Shown here one piece after another: positions 15,432 to 16,052 of a DNA stretch of 16,052 nt (the stretch's first letter is position 1; each line of letters starts with the position of its first letter). Source of the stretch: Gemmatimonadota bacterium (GTDB lineage: Bacteria; Gemmatimonadota; Gemmatimonadetes; Gemmatimonadales; GWC2-71-9). A model generated the notes under the pieces. That model ran no database searches. It was given only the letters and a program-made list of their open reading frames with translations, and was not told the origin of the DNA. The position numbers and the translations under genes were made by a program. The stretch covers positions 1 to 16,052 of the forward strand of contig JAZDCZ010000388.1 in NCBI GenBank assembly GCA_036679605.1. The letters run 5' to 3'.

Positions 15432-16004
15432 CTAGGACTCGGTCAGCAGGCGCGCCTCGTCGACGGCTCGTTGCCAGCGATCGGCCATGTCGAACTGCTC
15501 GAGCCAACCCTGCACGTAGGCGGCGTCCAGGTTTGGTATGGTGTTGAGAATCGCGCCGACAGCTTCGTAGTCGTGGCCTCTACCGGCAATCAGCTTGTAG
15601 ACGATTAGGTCTTCGGGAGTGACGATCAACATGTCGCGATCATCGATGCTCAGAGTTTTGGCGCGCTCGATCGCCGAATATTCAAACGGCGTGTCGGCCA
15701 TCAAGATGTCGATCGGTGGTAGATCGTTGTGAGCCAGTCTCAGCGTCTGGGTGGGTGGCGTTCGCACGACGGGGGTCCAACCCGCGCTGCGAAAGGCATC
15801 GAGCAGTGCGAGAGTCTCGGTTGCGGAAGCTCGTACCGCGAAGTCTATGTCCTGCGTTGCACGCGGTTCGCGGCGGTACAAGTTGGCGGCGATGCCGCCG
15901 AGCAGAGCGTGGGCGAGACCTGCGTCGCTGAGTACTTTATGGGCTCGTTTCAGCCCATCGATTAGGCGACTACTGACCGGGGGGCGATCCTTCGGCTTGG
16001 GCAC
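15432..16004 (-). CDS. Nucleotidyltransferase, DUF6036/AbiEii-like (putative TA toxin)
   Basis: Pol-beta-superfamily signature LLGGIAANLY...PRATQDIDF, then IDIL and TPEDLIVYKLIAGRGHD. GTG start at 16004 is assumed; this frame is also open to the window edge. Confidence 0.82.
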   Translation of the reverse strand: MPKPKDRPPVSSRLIDGLKRAHKVLSDAGLAHALLGGIAANLYRREPRATQDIDFAVRASATETLALLDAFRSAGWTPVVRTPPTQTLRLAHNDLPPIDILMADTPFEYSAIERAKTLSIDDRDMLIVTPEDLIVYKLIAGRGHDYEAVGAILNTIPNLDAAYVQGWLEQFDMADRWQRAVDEARLLTES

Positions 16005-16009
16005 AGCAG

Positions 16010-16052
16010 TCAGTGAACCCGCGCGCGCGCGATTAGCTCGGATTGTTCGCGC
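16010..16052 (-). CDS. 3' end of a probable small upstream partner (antitoxin?) gene, partial
   Basis: The frame starting at 16051 reads REQSELIARARVH-stop (TGA 16012-16010), ending 5 nt before the nucleotidyltransferase GTG. Only 13 codons are visible. Confidence 0.35.
   Translation of the reverse strand, partial: REQSELIARARVH

Noticed and set aside
14827..15608. Short ORFs of 63-111 aa in and around the 15.0-15.4 kb intergenic region
   Set aside because: No recognisable motifs, mutually overlapping, and several are antisense to real genes.

Overview
GC-rich bacterial window that is almost entirely a cell-envelope glycan assembly and tailoring locus. It has three GT-C-fold membrane glycosyltransferases: an ArnT/PMT-like gene running off the left edge and missed by the ORF track, an intact YfhO, and a YfhO-like gene split by a 1-nt frameshift. 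It also has a GtrB/ArnC-like GT2 polyprenyl-phosphate-sugar synthase, two class I SAM methyltransferases, and two probably exported sulfatase-fold proteins that lack the C/S-x-P-x-R formylglycine motif. A ~14-TM MFS-like membrane protein carries a spermidine-synthase/SAM-fold domain that appears by eye to face outside the cytoplasm. The right end holds a decayed Fic fragment and a nucleotidyltransferase toxin-like gene preceded by the tail of a probable antitoxin. The leading hypothesis is an extracytoplasmic glycan-decoration system (transporter-fed SAM-dependent transferase, Thr/Ser-nucleophile alkaline-phosphatase-superfamily transferases and GT-C enzymes). Two intergenic regions look like candidate regulatory RNAs: a switch-like leader (3849-4010) and an anti-Shine-Dalgarno-bearing sRNA (~6401-6558). 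All calls come from manual motif reading; no database searches or folding programs were run.
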